64,000 nt of DNA from Vulcanimicrobiota bacterium (GTDB lineage: Bacteria; Vulcanimicrobiota; Vulcanimicrobiia; Vulcanimicrobiales; Vulcanimicrobiaceae). Below the pieces are notes generated by a model. The model saw nothing but the letters and a program-made list of their open reading frames with translations. It was not told the origin of the DNA and made no database searches. Position 1 is the stretch's first letter; each line of letters starts with the position of its first letter. This document shows, one piece after another, positions 8,651-17,609 of this stretch. The translations under genes were made by a program, and so were the position numbers. The stretch spans positions 64,001 through 128,000 of the forward strand of contig CAWETW010000002.1 of assembly GCA_963812155.1 (NCBI GenBank), given 5' to 3'.

Positions 8651-10630
8651 TTAGCCCCGAAGCGAGCGCGTGTCGACCAGACTCGACGCATCGTTGGCTG
8701 CAGGCGCGCCGAAGAGCGTCCACCGGCCGTCGAGATCGACGGCGCGAAAATCGACTCCGACGATGGCCCGCATCATCTCGGTGAGCATTTGGCGTGCCGT
8801 CTCGTCCCACGAGAATCGTGCCGCACGGGCCAGCGCGCCGTGCTCCAGCCGCCGGCGAAGCACGTCGTCGGTGAGCACCGCGACGATCGCAGCCGCGACG
8901 TCACCGCCTTCGGGAACGATCAGCCCGCTGCGGTCGTGAACGATCGCCTCACGCAAGCCGGGAACGTCGTAGGCGATGGCGGGCGTCGCGCACGCATTCC
9001 CCTCGATCGCCGTGATGCCCCAGCCTTCCATTTCCGAGAGGCTCACCGTAACCCACGCGCGCGCAAGGAGTTCGCGCTTGCGCCGGTCGTCCACGAAGCC
9101 TTCGAACGTCACCGATCCCTCGAGATCCAAGCGCGCGACGAGTTCGCGCAGTCCCTCGAGCGCGTCGCCTGCGCCGGCGATCTGCAACACCGCCGTAGGA
9201 ACGCGCCGGCGCACTTTCGCGAACGCCTCGACGAGACGGTCGACTCGTTTGTACGCTTTGAGACGTCCGAGATAGAGCACCGTCGGAAGCGCCGCCTTTT
9301 CACCGGGAATCAGCGATCCGTCGACCCCGCAGCGCACCAGCCCGGTCCCAGCGTCGCCGATGCCCACGCGCCGCATTTCTTCGCGCGTGTCGTCGGAAAT
9401 CGTCACGAAATGCACGTTGCGGTAGACCAGCGGAACGAGCTTCTCTTCGCACCACGCCAGTGCGTAGGCGAGCCAGCCGGGCAAATGATTCTTGAAGACT
9501 TCGCGGTGCACGTGATAGACGACGCAAATTTTCGGCTTCATCGAGAAGAGCGGCGTGAAGAACGGAATTCCGTTCGACGAGTCCAGGACGACGTCAAAGC
9601 GGTCGCGGAATTCGCGCAAATACGCAAACGGGACCGCGGCGTATACGGTCAGCGCGTTACCGACACGGCGAATCGGCACGTCGTCGATACGGTCGTGCGT
9701 TGCGCCGCCCGCGAATCCGCCGCTCAGCCATTCAACCTGATGTCCCCAACGAACCCAGCGCTTGGCCTGTTCGAAGAGATAGGTTTCGGCACCGCCGGCT
9801 TGCGGATGGTTGGGGTCGCGCCAGTTGACGACCAGAATGCGCAAATGATGGTGCAGCCGGATCGGATTGGTGGGGAACATGCGATCGTACGTCGGCACCA
9901 CGAAGTCGAGGAACGAATGCCGCAGCCGCAGCCGGACGATCGCCGCAAACATGTGCAGCGATGCCGAAGCCAGATGCACGCGCGAGCCCTGCACGTCGAT
10001 CCAGTACGTCGGCTCTTCCCGCACGCGCATTCGCAGGCGCTTCATCGCATACAGGAGATCGACGTCAAAGGCGAGGTTAGCCGTCTCGACGTCGCGCATC
10101 ACGCGCTCGAGGGCGCGGCGGCGAAAGACCTTCGCGCCGCATTGCGTATCGCAGTAGTTCAGGCCAAAAAGCAGGCGTACGATGAGATTGAAATTGCGGC
10201 TCGCAAACCGCCTCGCCCACGGCTGGCGAATCGCCACGTGCGATCCCGGCAGCCACCGCGACGCGACCACGCCGTCGCCTTCGCCGACCGCCTCGCAGAG
10301 CCGGCGCATTTCGCGCGCCGGCGTCGAGCCGTCGGCATCGACGTACCCGACGACCTCGGCGCGGGCCATTACGAAACCGGCGCGAACCGCCCCACCCTTG
10401 CCCACGGGATGCGGAATGTCGACCGCCAAAACGTTGGTGTGCTGCTCGCGCAGTGCGTCGACGACGCTGCGGGTCGCATCGGTGCAGCCGTTGAGCACGA
10501 CGATGATTTCTGAATCGGCGAAAACACCGGCATATTCCTCGAGCGTTTTTCCGATGCGATCCTGCTCGTTATGCGCCGGAACGATCACGGAAAAGCGCGG
10601 CGGGCGCTCGAGCGTTGCGGTGGCGCTCAT
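8651..10630 (-). CDS. Fusion of a GT2 (polyprenyl/dolichyl-phosphate sugar synthase-like) and a GT4 (Rv0225-like) glycosyltransferase
   Basis: N-domain SVIVPAHNE, GKGGAV, YVDADG, DTQCGAKVF. C-domain VNWRDPNHPQAGGAE, LGRLKAYKRV, EGWGITAIE. Confidence 0.88.
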   Translation of the reverse strand: MSATATLERPPRFSVIVPAHNEQDRIGKTLEEYAGVFADSEIIVVLNGCTDATRSVVDALREQHTNVLAVDIPHPVGKGGAVRAGFVMARAEVVGYVDADGSTPAREMRRLCEAVGEGDGVVASRWLPGSHVAIRQPWARRFASRNFNLIVRLLFGLNYCDTQCGAKVFRRRALERVMRDVETANLAFDVDLLYAMKRLRMRVREEPTYWIDVQGSRVHLASASLHMFAAIVRLRLRHSFLDFVVPTYDRMFPTNPIRLHHHLRILVVNWRDPNHPQAGGAETYLFEQAKRWVRWGHQVEWLSGGFAGGATHDRIDDVPIRRVGNALTVYAAVPFAYLREFRDRFDVVLDSSNGIPFFTPLFSMKPKICVVYHVHREVFKNHLPGWLAYALAWCEEKLVPLVYRNVHFVTISDDTREEMRRVGIGDAGTGLVRCGVDGSLIPGEKAALPTVLYLGRLKAYKRVDRLVEAFAKVRRRVPTAVLQIAGAGDALEGLRELVARLDLEGSVTFEGFVDDRRKRELLARAWVTVSLSEMEGWGITAIEGNACATPAIAYDVPGLREAIVHDRSGLIVPEGGDVAAAIVAVLTDDVLRRRLEHGALARAARFSWDETARQMLTEMMRAIVGVDFRAVDLDGRWTLFGAPAANDASSLVDTRSLRG

Positions 10631-12171
10631 GCGATCGGTGCCTCGCGGTTTTCAGGCGGACTGACGAGATTGCGTTCGAACTTTGCGAGAATCGTGCGCC
10701 GCGCCAGTTCGAGCTCTTCGACGTCGAGCACGCGCGCGACCGCGAGGAAGACCGCGCCGCCGATTGCGAGCTGACCGAACAGGAACCACGCGCGCGACGC
10801 GAGCGAAGCATCCGGCATAACGCCGAGCGCCGCAATCCACTTCAAGGCGAGGAACATCGCCAGCGAACTCACCGCGATCTTTGCCGTCGAAACCAGCAGA
10901 GCGCGCCAGTCGATGCCCGGAACCAGCCGCGCCGTCAGCATCAGCAGCAGCACGGCCTGCATCGTTTGGCTCAGCGAATTCGCCAGCAGCAGGCCGCGCG
11001 CGCCCAACGTCGGCAGCCACACCAGCGAGAGCAGAACGTTGAGGACCACGGTCGCGACGGAGATCGTCACCGGCCAAATCGTCTCTTTACAGGCGAAGCA
11101 GCATCGCGTCAGCACGACGTTGGCTGCCAGGGCCAACAGTCCGACCGCGGCGTAAGGCAGCAGGGAGGCGGTCAGGTCGGTCGCGCCGGCCTGGAACGTC
11201 CCGCGCTCGAACAGCGTTTGCACCATCGGGCGAGCCAGCACGATCAAAGCGCAGAGCGACGGAATCGTGATGAAAATCACCAGCCGAAGACCGGTGACGA
11301 GGCTGCGCGCGACGCCGCGCCGGTTATCGCGCGCAAACTGCGCCGCGAGCAGCGGAAAGATCACCGTCGCGATGGCGGCGGCAAAAATCTGCTGCGGGAA
11401 GTTGACGAGCTTGACGGCATAGTTCATGCCGGCGATGTAGCCCGGCGAGAGCGTCGAAGCAAAAAAGCGATCGAAGAAGAGCGCGATCTGCCCGGCCGCG
11501 GAACCGACGATGATCGGCCCCAGCAGCGCCCAGATTTTCCCCAGACCCGGATGGTGCAAATCGATGATAAAGCGATATTTTCCAATCGCGAGGAACGACG
11601 GCAACTGGACGAGCAGCTGTGCGGTCAGCCCGAGCGCCGTGCCGATCACGAGCGCGTAGATACCGAGGCGGTGATTGAATGCGAGCACCGCTGCGATCGT
11701 AATGACGTTGACCGCGACGCCGACCATTGCGGTCGAGCGGAAGCGGTGATAGGCGTTGAGCATTGCCGAGAGCACGCCGCTCAGGCTGACGGCGACGATG
11801 CTCGGCATGAGCCAGCGCGTCATGCGAATCGCGACGCTCATCTGCGGCGCCGGAAATCCGTGAGCGATGACCGGAACGTACCAGCGGGCGGTAAAGTAGC
11901 CGAGAACCGCACACGCGGTGAGAACGATGGCCAGCAGATTCAACACGGTGCTCGCCAGCCGCCACGCTTCGTCTTCTTTGTGGTGCGCGAGATATTCCGA
12001 GAACGTCGGGACGAGCGCGCTTACCAGCGCGCCGTTGAAAACGCCGAAGAGGATCGTCGGGACGGTCGCCGCCGCCAAGAACGTGTCCATCTCCCAGCGC
12101 GTCCCGTAGTATTTGGCGCTGACGACCTCGCGCATGAATCCAAGCAGGGTTGAGACGAGCGTAGCGCCCAT
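10627..12171 (-). CDS. murJ: MurJ/MviN-family lipid-linked precursor flippase (true start possibly ATT at 12252)
   Basis: STLLGFMRE, ALVPTFSE, DRFFAS, TLFERGTF motifs; about 14 TM segments. Confidence 0.9.
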   Translation of the reverse strand: MGATLVSTLLGFMREVVSAKYYGTRWEMDTFLAAATVPTILFGVFNGALVSALVPTFSEYLAHHKEDEAWRLASTVLNLLAIVLTACAVLGYFTARWYVPVIAHGFPAPQMSVAIRMTRWLMPSIVAVSLSGVLSAMLNAYHRFRSTAMVGVAVNVITIAAVLAFNHRLGIYALVIGTALGLTAQLLVQLPSFLAIGKYRFIIDLHHPGLGKIWALLGPIIVGSAAGQIALFFDRFFASTLSPGYIAGMNYAVKLVNFPQQIFAAAIATVIFPLLAAQFARDNRRGVARSLVTGLRLVIFITIPSLCALIVLARPMVQTLFERGTFQAGATDLTASLLPYAAVGLLALAANVVLTRCCFACKETIWPVTISVATVVLNVLLSLVWLPTLGARGLLLANSLSQTMQAVLLLMLTARLVPGIDWRALLVSTAKIAVSSLAMFLALKWIAALGVMPDASLASRAWFLFGQLAIGGAVFLAVARVLDVEELELARRTILAKFERNLVSPPENREAPIA

Positions 12172-12247
12172 GATGAAGAGCGTCGACGCCCCGAGTGAAA
12201 AGCGATGGGACGGCGAACGCTTGGATTGAGGGACGACGCGAAGATGC

Positions 12248-12892
12248 TTAATGGGCGCCGTCCTTTCGCAGGACGGCCGGCACCGTGAGCGCGATGAGCG
12301 CGAGATCGCCTAAGGGCGTCCACGAGTCGACGTACCGGTTGTCGAGCGCCATCCACTCTTCGAAAGAAACCTCGCTGCGGCCGTTGACCTGCCACAAACA
12401 GGTGATGCCCTGCGGAACCGTCAGCCGGCGCAACGCAAAGCCGTCGTAATGCTCCACTTCGCTCGGGAGCGCGGGCCGCGGACCCACCAGCGACATGTCG
12501 CCGCAGATGACGTTGAGCAGATTCGGAAGTTCGTCGATGCTGGCGCGCCGCAGGAAACGCCCGAGCGGATGCGTGCGCGGGTCGTTGCGAATCTTAAAGA
12601 CCGGCCCGTCGACCTCGTTGAGATGCATGAGGTCCTCGCGCATCTGGTGCGCGCCGTTGACCATGGTCCGCAGTTTGAACATTCTGAAACGCCGGCCGTG
12701 TTGGCCGACGCGTTCCTGAGCGAAGAATGGAGCGCCGCCGGTCGTGAAGACGATGCCGACGGCGGCGGCTAAGACGATCGGCGCGGTCAGCACGAGCAAG
12801 ACGAGTCCCACAGCAACGTCGGTGGCGCGTTTGATCGAACGCCAAGAAGCGGGAACGTCGCGGCATGCGGCCGGAGCAATCGCGGCCTGCAC
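12248..12892 (-). CDS. Bacterial sugar transferase (priming polyprenyl-phosphate phosphoglycosyl transferase)
   Basis: KRATDV, FFAQERVG, MFKLRTM, DPR, RASIDELP, GDMSLVGPRP, GITCLWQVNGRS. Confidence 0.93.
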   Translation of the reverse strand: MQAAIAPAACRDVPASWRSIKRATDVAVGLVLLVLTAPIVLAAAVGIVFTTGGAPFFAQERVGQHGRRFRMFKLRTMVNGAHQMREDLMHLNEVDGPVFKIRNDPRTHPLGRFLRRASIDELPNLLNVICGDMSLVGPRPALPSEVEHYDGFALRRLTVPQGITCLWQVNGRSEVSFEEWMALDNRYVDSWTPLGDLALIALTVPAVLRKDGAH

Positions 12893-13310
12893 GCTATACG
12901 TTCCATCCGGCGGCAGTGCTGCGCGCGACGGCCGTCAAAGACAAACTGTGGTCTCCGTTATATCCTTGGTTCGTTCGTTTCATCGTATCCGCGGTGTGCT
13001 TGAACCATGCTCCAGCGCCGCTCGGCACCCCGGCGCGCTCATCGAGCAAACTCTGAGGCCGCTCGATTGCACCGCTGCGTCGTTTCGGCATTCGCCTCAA
13101 AGCCCCCGGTCTGCGCGATCACGAAGTCCGATGACCTCGGTCACCTTCGGAATGCGCGGCGCGGCGCGGCGACGTCCCGGTCGGTTGCTGCCGCCTTGCA
13201 CCCAATTCGACCCCGGCCGCCTCGCGCTCGCTGAGATTTTACCGATAGGATACCTCTGCCCGCGGCCCAAACCGGGTTGGCTGACTTCATCGGACTCCCC
13301 GGAGTATATC

Positions 13311-15173
13311 GTGCGACGCCTCTCGCTCTGCGCGGTCCTCGTGCCGCTCGCGTTCGCGATCGCTTGCGCCTGCGCGCGGGCGAATACGATCGTTCGCTTG
13401 AAAGCGGACCACCTCGCCTTCTACTACGACACGTTTCGGGTGGAAGCCGACGGTCACGTGCGCGTTGAGACCAGCGACGGCTTTTCGGTCACCGGCGACG
13501 CTTTTTCGATGGACCTCAAGCTCAATCGCTTTCTGGTGGCCGGGCACGTGACGCTGCAAATGCGGGGTCAGAGCGTTACGGGCGCCGCCCTCTCGGATTT
13601 CCTCGATTTCAACCGCATCTATTTCGTGCCGGTGACCACCGAGCCGGACCGCTGGACGTTCCTCAATGGGGACCTCGCGCACCCGGTGAAGGGGCGCATC
13701 ATGCCGGGAGACACTTTCAACTTCCCGGAGTTGCCGAAAAATCCGAGCGTCACCGCGTCGGAAGCGGTGATCGGCACCCGCAGCTATGCCCGGTTCGCCG
13801 GCGCATGGGCCTACGTGGGCGGCGTCGGGCTCCCGCTGGGCTCCTACGTCGTCAACTTTTCGCCGAATCAATACTTTGCGCAGAACTCGCTCACGGGCGC
13901 GAACTTCGATGCGACGTGGAACTTCGCGGGGAACAACAACTCGCTCTCCGCCATTCACTTGCGCTACGACACCTTCAACCATACGTATCTCGCCTTCGAA
14001 CAGCACTTCGTCGGCGATCACGAGTACGCAATCTTCTCGGCCAACCCGCTCACCAAGTCCGACCGCTTCTTCAACTTGACGCTCTACGAGAAACTCGGCC
14101 AGCGCTTCCAAATTCAGACCTTTACGCAGTACAACATCAACCAAGGAGTATTGCTCCAGGCCCCGCCGCTCTCGGTGACGCAGACGACGTACGTCAACAT
14201 GACGCAGGCCTTTCCGCACTCTTACCTGCAGCTCAACTCCAACTTCACCAACTACAACCTGCTCGGGCCCGGTTCGTTCAATCCTAACAATACCGTCGGC
14301 GCCGGTAATCTCTCGCACCCGTCGCAAGTGCAGCTCACCGCGACGAGTTTCCAAAACCGCATCGGAAAACTGCCGCTCTACGAACAAATTTACGGCGGCT
14401 ACGGCTTCAACCACGATTCGGTCGGCGCCAATCAATACGGAACGCCGATTCCCGCTTCCCAGAGCGGCCTACAATCCTTCGGCGGTACGTGCATCTTCAA
14501 AAAAGGCACGGCGCCGGTCGCTTGCCCGACGGTGTACACGACGATTTGGAACGAGGTCGCCGGCTTTAACCTCTTCATGCCGTCGGTGAAGATCGGCAAC
14601 CGCGACAATCCGTACGAAACGTACTACTTCAACGCCGTGCTGAACAAACAGCGCCAGTGGAACTCGCTGCCGCATCATATCGACAACACGAATACGACCT
14701 TCAGTTTGAGCCGCCAGTTCTCGAGGCCGGTCAACGCCTACCTCAGCTATCAGATTCAAAACACGGTCGACCGCTATCTTCAGGGCGGCTATCAACCCTG
14801 CAATCCCCTAAATCCGCCGAACAATCCGTTCTGCCCGCCGGGCTTGACCGCGTTTCGCGGCGCCTCGACGCTGCGCACCTTGATCCTCGGCACGACCTAC
14901 GCTCCGAATCCGGAGTTCAACGCGTCGCTGGTTGCGCGCCAGCACACCGATTTTCCGGCCCCGTTTCAAAACGTGTTTCCGCTGCCGCTGACCAATGTGA
15001 TCGGGCAGCCGCTCTATAACAATTACCTCGGACAGCCGCCTTACGATCTCACGGCCGACGTGCGCTTCAAATTGCTGCCGCACATGCTCCTCGACGTGCA
15101 GCGAACGTACTACTTCAACTACGGCAACATCCAGTGGAGCCCGAACTTCATCATTCAGGTGCTGCCGCAGTGA
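13311..15173 (+). CDS. Secreted/outer-membrane protein, LptD/OstA-like (N-terminal beta-jellyroll plus probable beta-barrel)
   Basis: GGAG SD before GTG 13311; signal peptide. LKADHLAFYYDTFRVEADGHVRV...TGDAFSMDL resembles an OstA jellyroll. The remainder is Asn/Tyr/Phe-rich amphipathic beta strands ending FIIQVLPQ. Confidence 0.6.
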   Translation: MRRLSLCAVLVPLAFAIACACARANTIVRLKADHLAFYYDTFRVEADGHVRVETSDGFSVTGDAFSMDLKLNRFLVAGHVTLQMRGQSVTGAALSDFLDFNRIYFVPVTTEPDRWTFLNGDLAHPVKGRIMPGDTFNFPELPKNPSVTASEAVIGTRSYARFAGAWAYVGGVGLPLGSYVVNFSPNQYFAQNSLTGANFDATWNFAGNNNSLSAIHLRYDTFNHTYLAFEQHFVGDHEYAIFSANPLTKSDRFFNLTLYEKLGQRFQIQTFTQYNINQGVLLQAPPLSVTQTTYVNMTQAFPHSYLQLNSNFTNYNLLGPGSFNPNNTVGAGNLSHPSQVQLTATSFQNRIGKLPLYEQIYGGYGFNHDSVGANQYGTPIPASQSGLQSFGGTCIFKKGTAPVACPTVYTTIWNEVAGFNLFMPSVKIGNRDNPYETYYFNAVLNKQRQWNSLPHHIDNTNTTFSLSRQFSRPVNAYLSYQIQNTVDRYLQGGYQPCNPLNPPNNPFCPPGLTAFRGASTLRTLILGTTYAPNPEFNASLVARQHTDFPAPFQNVFPLPLTNVIGQPLYNNYLGQPPYDLTADVRFKLLPHMLLDVQRTYYFNYGNIQWSPNFIIQVLPQ

Positions 15174-16024
15174 CGCGATTGCGACGCATCTTCGCGGTGA
15201 CGTGCGCGCTGCTGTCGGTCGCGCTCGTCGCCGCCGGGCCGACGATCGCCGTCACCGGGCAACTCCTCGCCTATCAAGACGGTTTCGTCTTCTTTACTAC
15301 CGGCGACGGCTTCCGGGTCGCGCCGGGCGTCCTCATCCGCGACTCCGCCGGCACCGGGCCGGCGACCATCGTCCCGGAGCCCCGCGTCTGGGCGCGCGCG
15401 CACTTCGACGCGACCGGCACGGTCACCGAACTCGACCTTTCGCGCTCGCCGCTGCCGGCGGAGGGGAGTTTCGCCGATGTGGCGCGCTTCGCGGTTGCGT
15501 TGTCGAGCCCGATTCCCAACCCGGACCTCGTTCCGGCGACGCCGGCGCCCGGACACACGCTCGTGCCGGCGCAGCACTTCTCCGGCCGGCCCGTGCTCGT
15601 CACGTTTACGGTGCAGGTGCCGCCGACCACGCCGTTTTCGGCGAGCGTCTATATCACGACCGACGCCAGCGGCTGGAACGCGCAGGCCATTCCAATGGAT
15701 CGCATCGACACGCTGCACTATCAAATTACGCGGCGGCTGAACTCGGGAACGATCTTCCGGTATCTCTACGACCGCGGTTCCTTCCAATCGCAGGAGATCG
15801 CACAGAACGGTTTGCAGCGTACGCCGCGCGAGATCGTCGTCACCGACGCCGACGTGCGCACGCTTCGCGACACCGTCTACGCCTGGCTCGACTCGAGCAG
15901 CAATGCGAGCGGCCAGCAACCCAATGGGCTGCCGACGCCCTACAATCCCAATCCGTTCCCGAATCTGCCGTCGGGTTTCCCGTCACCGGGCATTCCGACG
16001 CCCCACCCGCATCCGCCCGCGTAG
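15170..16024 (+). CDS. Secreted protein with a CBM20-like carbohydrate-binding domain and Pro-rich tail
   Basis: GTGA overlap with the upstream gene; signal peptide. VTFTVQVPPTTP..VYIT...GWN...MDR...FRYLYDRG resembles CBM20. Confidence 0.6.
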   Translation: MTRLRRIFAVTCALLSVALVAAGPTIAVTGQLLAYQDGFVFFTTGDGFRVAPGVLIRDSAGTGPATIVPEPRVWARAHFDATGTVTELDLSRSPLPAEGSFADVARFAVALSSPIPNPDLVPATPAPGHTLVPAQHFSGRPVLVTFTVQVPPTTPFSASVYITTDASGWNAQAIPMDRIDTLHYQITRRLNSGTIFRYLYDRGSFQSQEIAQNGLQRTPREIVVTDADVRTLRDTVYAWLDSSSNASGQQPNGLPTPYNPNPFPNLPSGFPSPGIPTPHPHPPA

Positions 16025-16025
16025 G

Positions 16026-16556
16026 TCAGCGCACTTCGATCGGCACGCTCGTCTGCGCCTTGTCGCCGCGCGAGTTACGGGCGATGACCTGCAGTTGGAA
16101 CGTGCCGTGCACGAAAAACGGTAGATCGCCGACAGTGTACGCCATGGCAAAACGCCCGACACCGACTTTGTTCAGCGTGACGCCGTAGCCGCCGATCCTC
16201 ACTTCGACGCTTGCGACATTCGAACTCGTCAGCACCGTGCCCGAGACGTGATCGCCGGAGCTCACCGCCGTCTTGTCGATTGCCACCGAGAGAATTCGCG
16301 GCGAGGCGTCGGGCGACAGTCGCGGAACGGTCGGCGCCGGTACGACGGCCGCGGCACTCCGCACGGGAGCGGGCGTCGCCGTCGCGCGCACGGTGGGACT
16401 CGGTACGGGCGTCGCGAGCCGCGACGGATGCGGGACGCGCAGCGCGCGGGGAGTCCCAGCCGGAACCGGCGACGGCGTTGCCGCCGGCTGCGGACGGCTG
16501 CACGCCGGTAAGATCGCAATGGACGTAATGAAAATGAGGATTCCGGCCGAGCGCAC
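16026..16556 (-). CDS. Hypothetical lipoprotein with a Pro/Ala/Thr linker and Ig-like C-terminal domain
   Basis: Lipobox LPAC; Pro-rich linker; beta-rich C-terminus. Confidence 0.65.
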   Translation of the reverse strand: MRSAGILIFITSIAILPACSRPQPAATPSPVPAGTPRALRVPHPSRLATPVPSPTVRATATPAPVRSAAAVVPAPTVPRLSPDASPRILSVAIDKTAVSSGDHVSGTVLTSSNVASVEVRIGGYGVTLNKVGVGRFAMAYTVGDLPFFVHGTFQLQVIARNSRGDKAQTSVPIEVR

Positions 16557-16639
16557 TACGGGCCGGACGTTCTCGTTCAGAGCGGCGCCTCCGCTTGGCT
16601 GTCGGGTTCGCGCGCGGCGACGTCGAACGCCGAGCCCAA

Positions 16640-17593
16640 ATGATTGCTCACAGCCCAGCGCTCAGCATCGTCGTGCCGATGCACGACGAGCAAGGAAACG
16701 TATCGCCGCTGCTCGAGCGATTGACGGGGGCCCTCGACTCGCTGCCCGGGCGGCCCGCCTACGAGATCGTGCTGGTCAACGACGGCAGCTCCGATGCGAC
16801 CGCCGATGCGGTCCGCGCCGAGATGCGCGAGCGTCCGAACCTCGTGCTGGTAAACCTGTCGCGCAACTTCGGCCATCAGCTGGCGGCGACTGCCGGCATC
16901 GAACTGGCGCGGGGCGATGCGGTGATTCTCATGGACGGCGACCTGCAGGATCCCCCCGAACTCATTGCGGCGTTCGTCGAAAAGTGGCAGGAAGGGTTCG
17001 ACGTCGTGTACGCCGTCCGCCGTACGCGCAAAGGTGAGAGCGCGTTCAAACTCGCGACCGCAGGCTTCTTTTACCGAGCGATCAAGCGGCTCACGAAAGT
17101 TTCGATTCCGGTCGATACCGGTGACTTTCGCTTGATGAGCCGGCGCGTGGTTGCCGCCTTGCAGCGCTTGCCGGAACGGCATCGCTTTTTGCGCGGCATG
17201 GTCAGTTGGGTCGGTTACAAACAAACCGGCGTCGAGTACGATCGCGACGTGCGCCTGAGCGGCGCAACGAAATATCCTCTCCCGAAGATGGTCCGTTTTG
17301 CCATCGACGGCATCACGTCGTTCTCCGACATCCCGCTGCGCTTCGCATCCTATTTCGGCTTCGCGGTCAGTGCGGTTGCCTTCATCTACGCGCTGGTCGT
17401 GATCGTCGACAAACTCTTCGGCGTTCACCCGCCCGCATACACACCCGGGTGGGCCTCGACGATCGTGGCCGTCGTCTTCCTAGGCGGCGTGCAGCTCATC
17501 AGCCTCGGCATCCTCGGCGAATATCTCGGCCGCATCTACGACGAAGTCAAAGGACGCCCGCTCTACTTGATCGACGACGTCGAGCGCTCGTAG
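16640..17593 (+). CDS. GtrB/ArnC-like undecaprenyl-phosphate glycosyltransferase (GT2)
   Basis: LSRNFGHQ, MDGDLQDPPE, GDFRLMSR, RFLRG motifs; two C-terminal TM helices. Confidence 0.92.
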   Translation: MIAHSPALSIVVPMHDEQGNVSPLLERLTGALDSLPGRPAYEIVLVNDGSSDATADAVRAEMRERPNLVLVNLSRNFGHQLAATAGIELARGDAVILMDGDLQDPPELIAAFVEKWQEGFDVVYAVRRTRKGESAFKLATAGFFYRAIKRLTKVSIPVDTGDFRLMSRRVVAALQRLPERHRFLRGMVSWVGYKQTGVEYDRDVRLSGATKYPLPKMVRFAIDGITSFSDIPLRFASYFGFAVSAVAFIYALVVIVDKLFGVHPPAYTPGWASTIVAVVFLGGVQLISLGILGEYLGRIYDEVKGRPLYLIDDVERS

Positions 17594-17609
17594 GCTCGCC
17601 GAAGACGTC

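Noticed and set aside
8480..10513. 677-aa plus-strand ORF, and similar long antisense ORFs (10615..12153, 22452..23891, 47329..50187, 61212..62681)
   Set aside because: These are antisense shadows of well-supported genes, expected in high-GC DNA. They are Arg-rich and have no recognisable motifs.
13186..13196. ops/JUMPstart element (GGCGGCAG on the minus strand) ahead of the glycan operon
   Set aside because: It deviates from the GGCGGTAG core, and such GC-rich words are common here.
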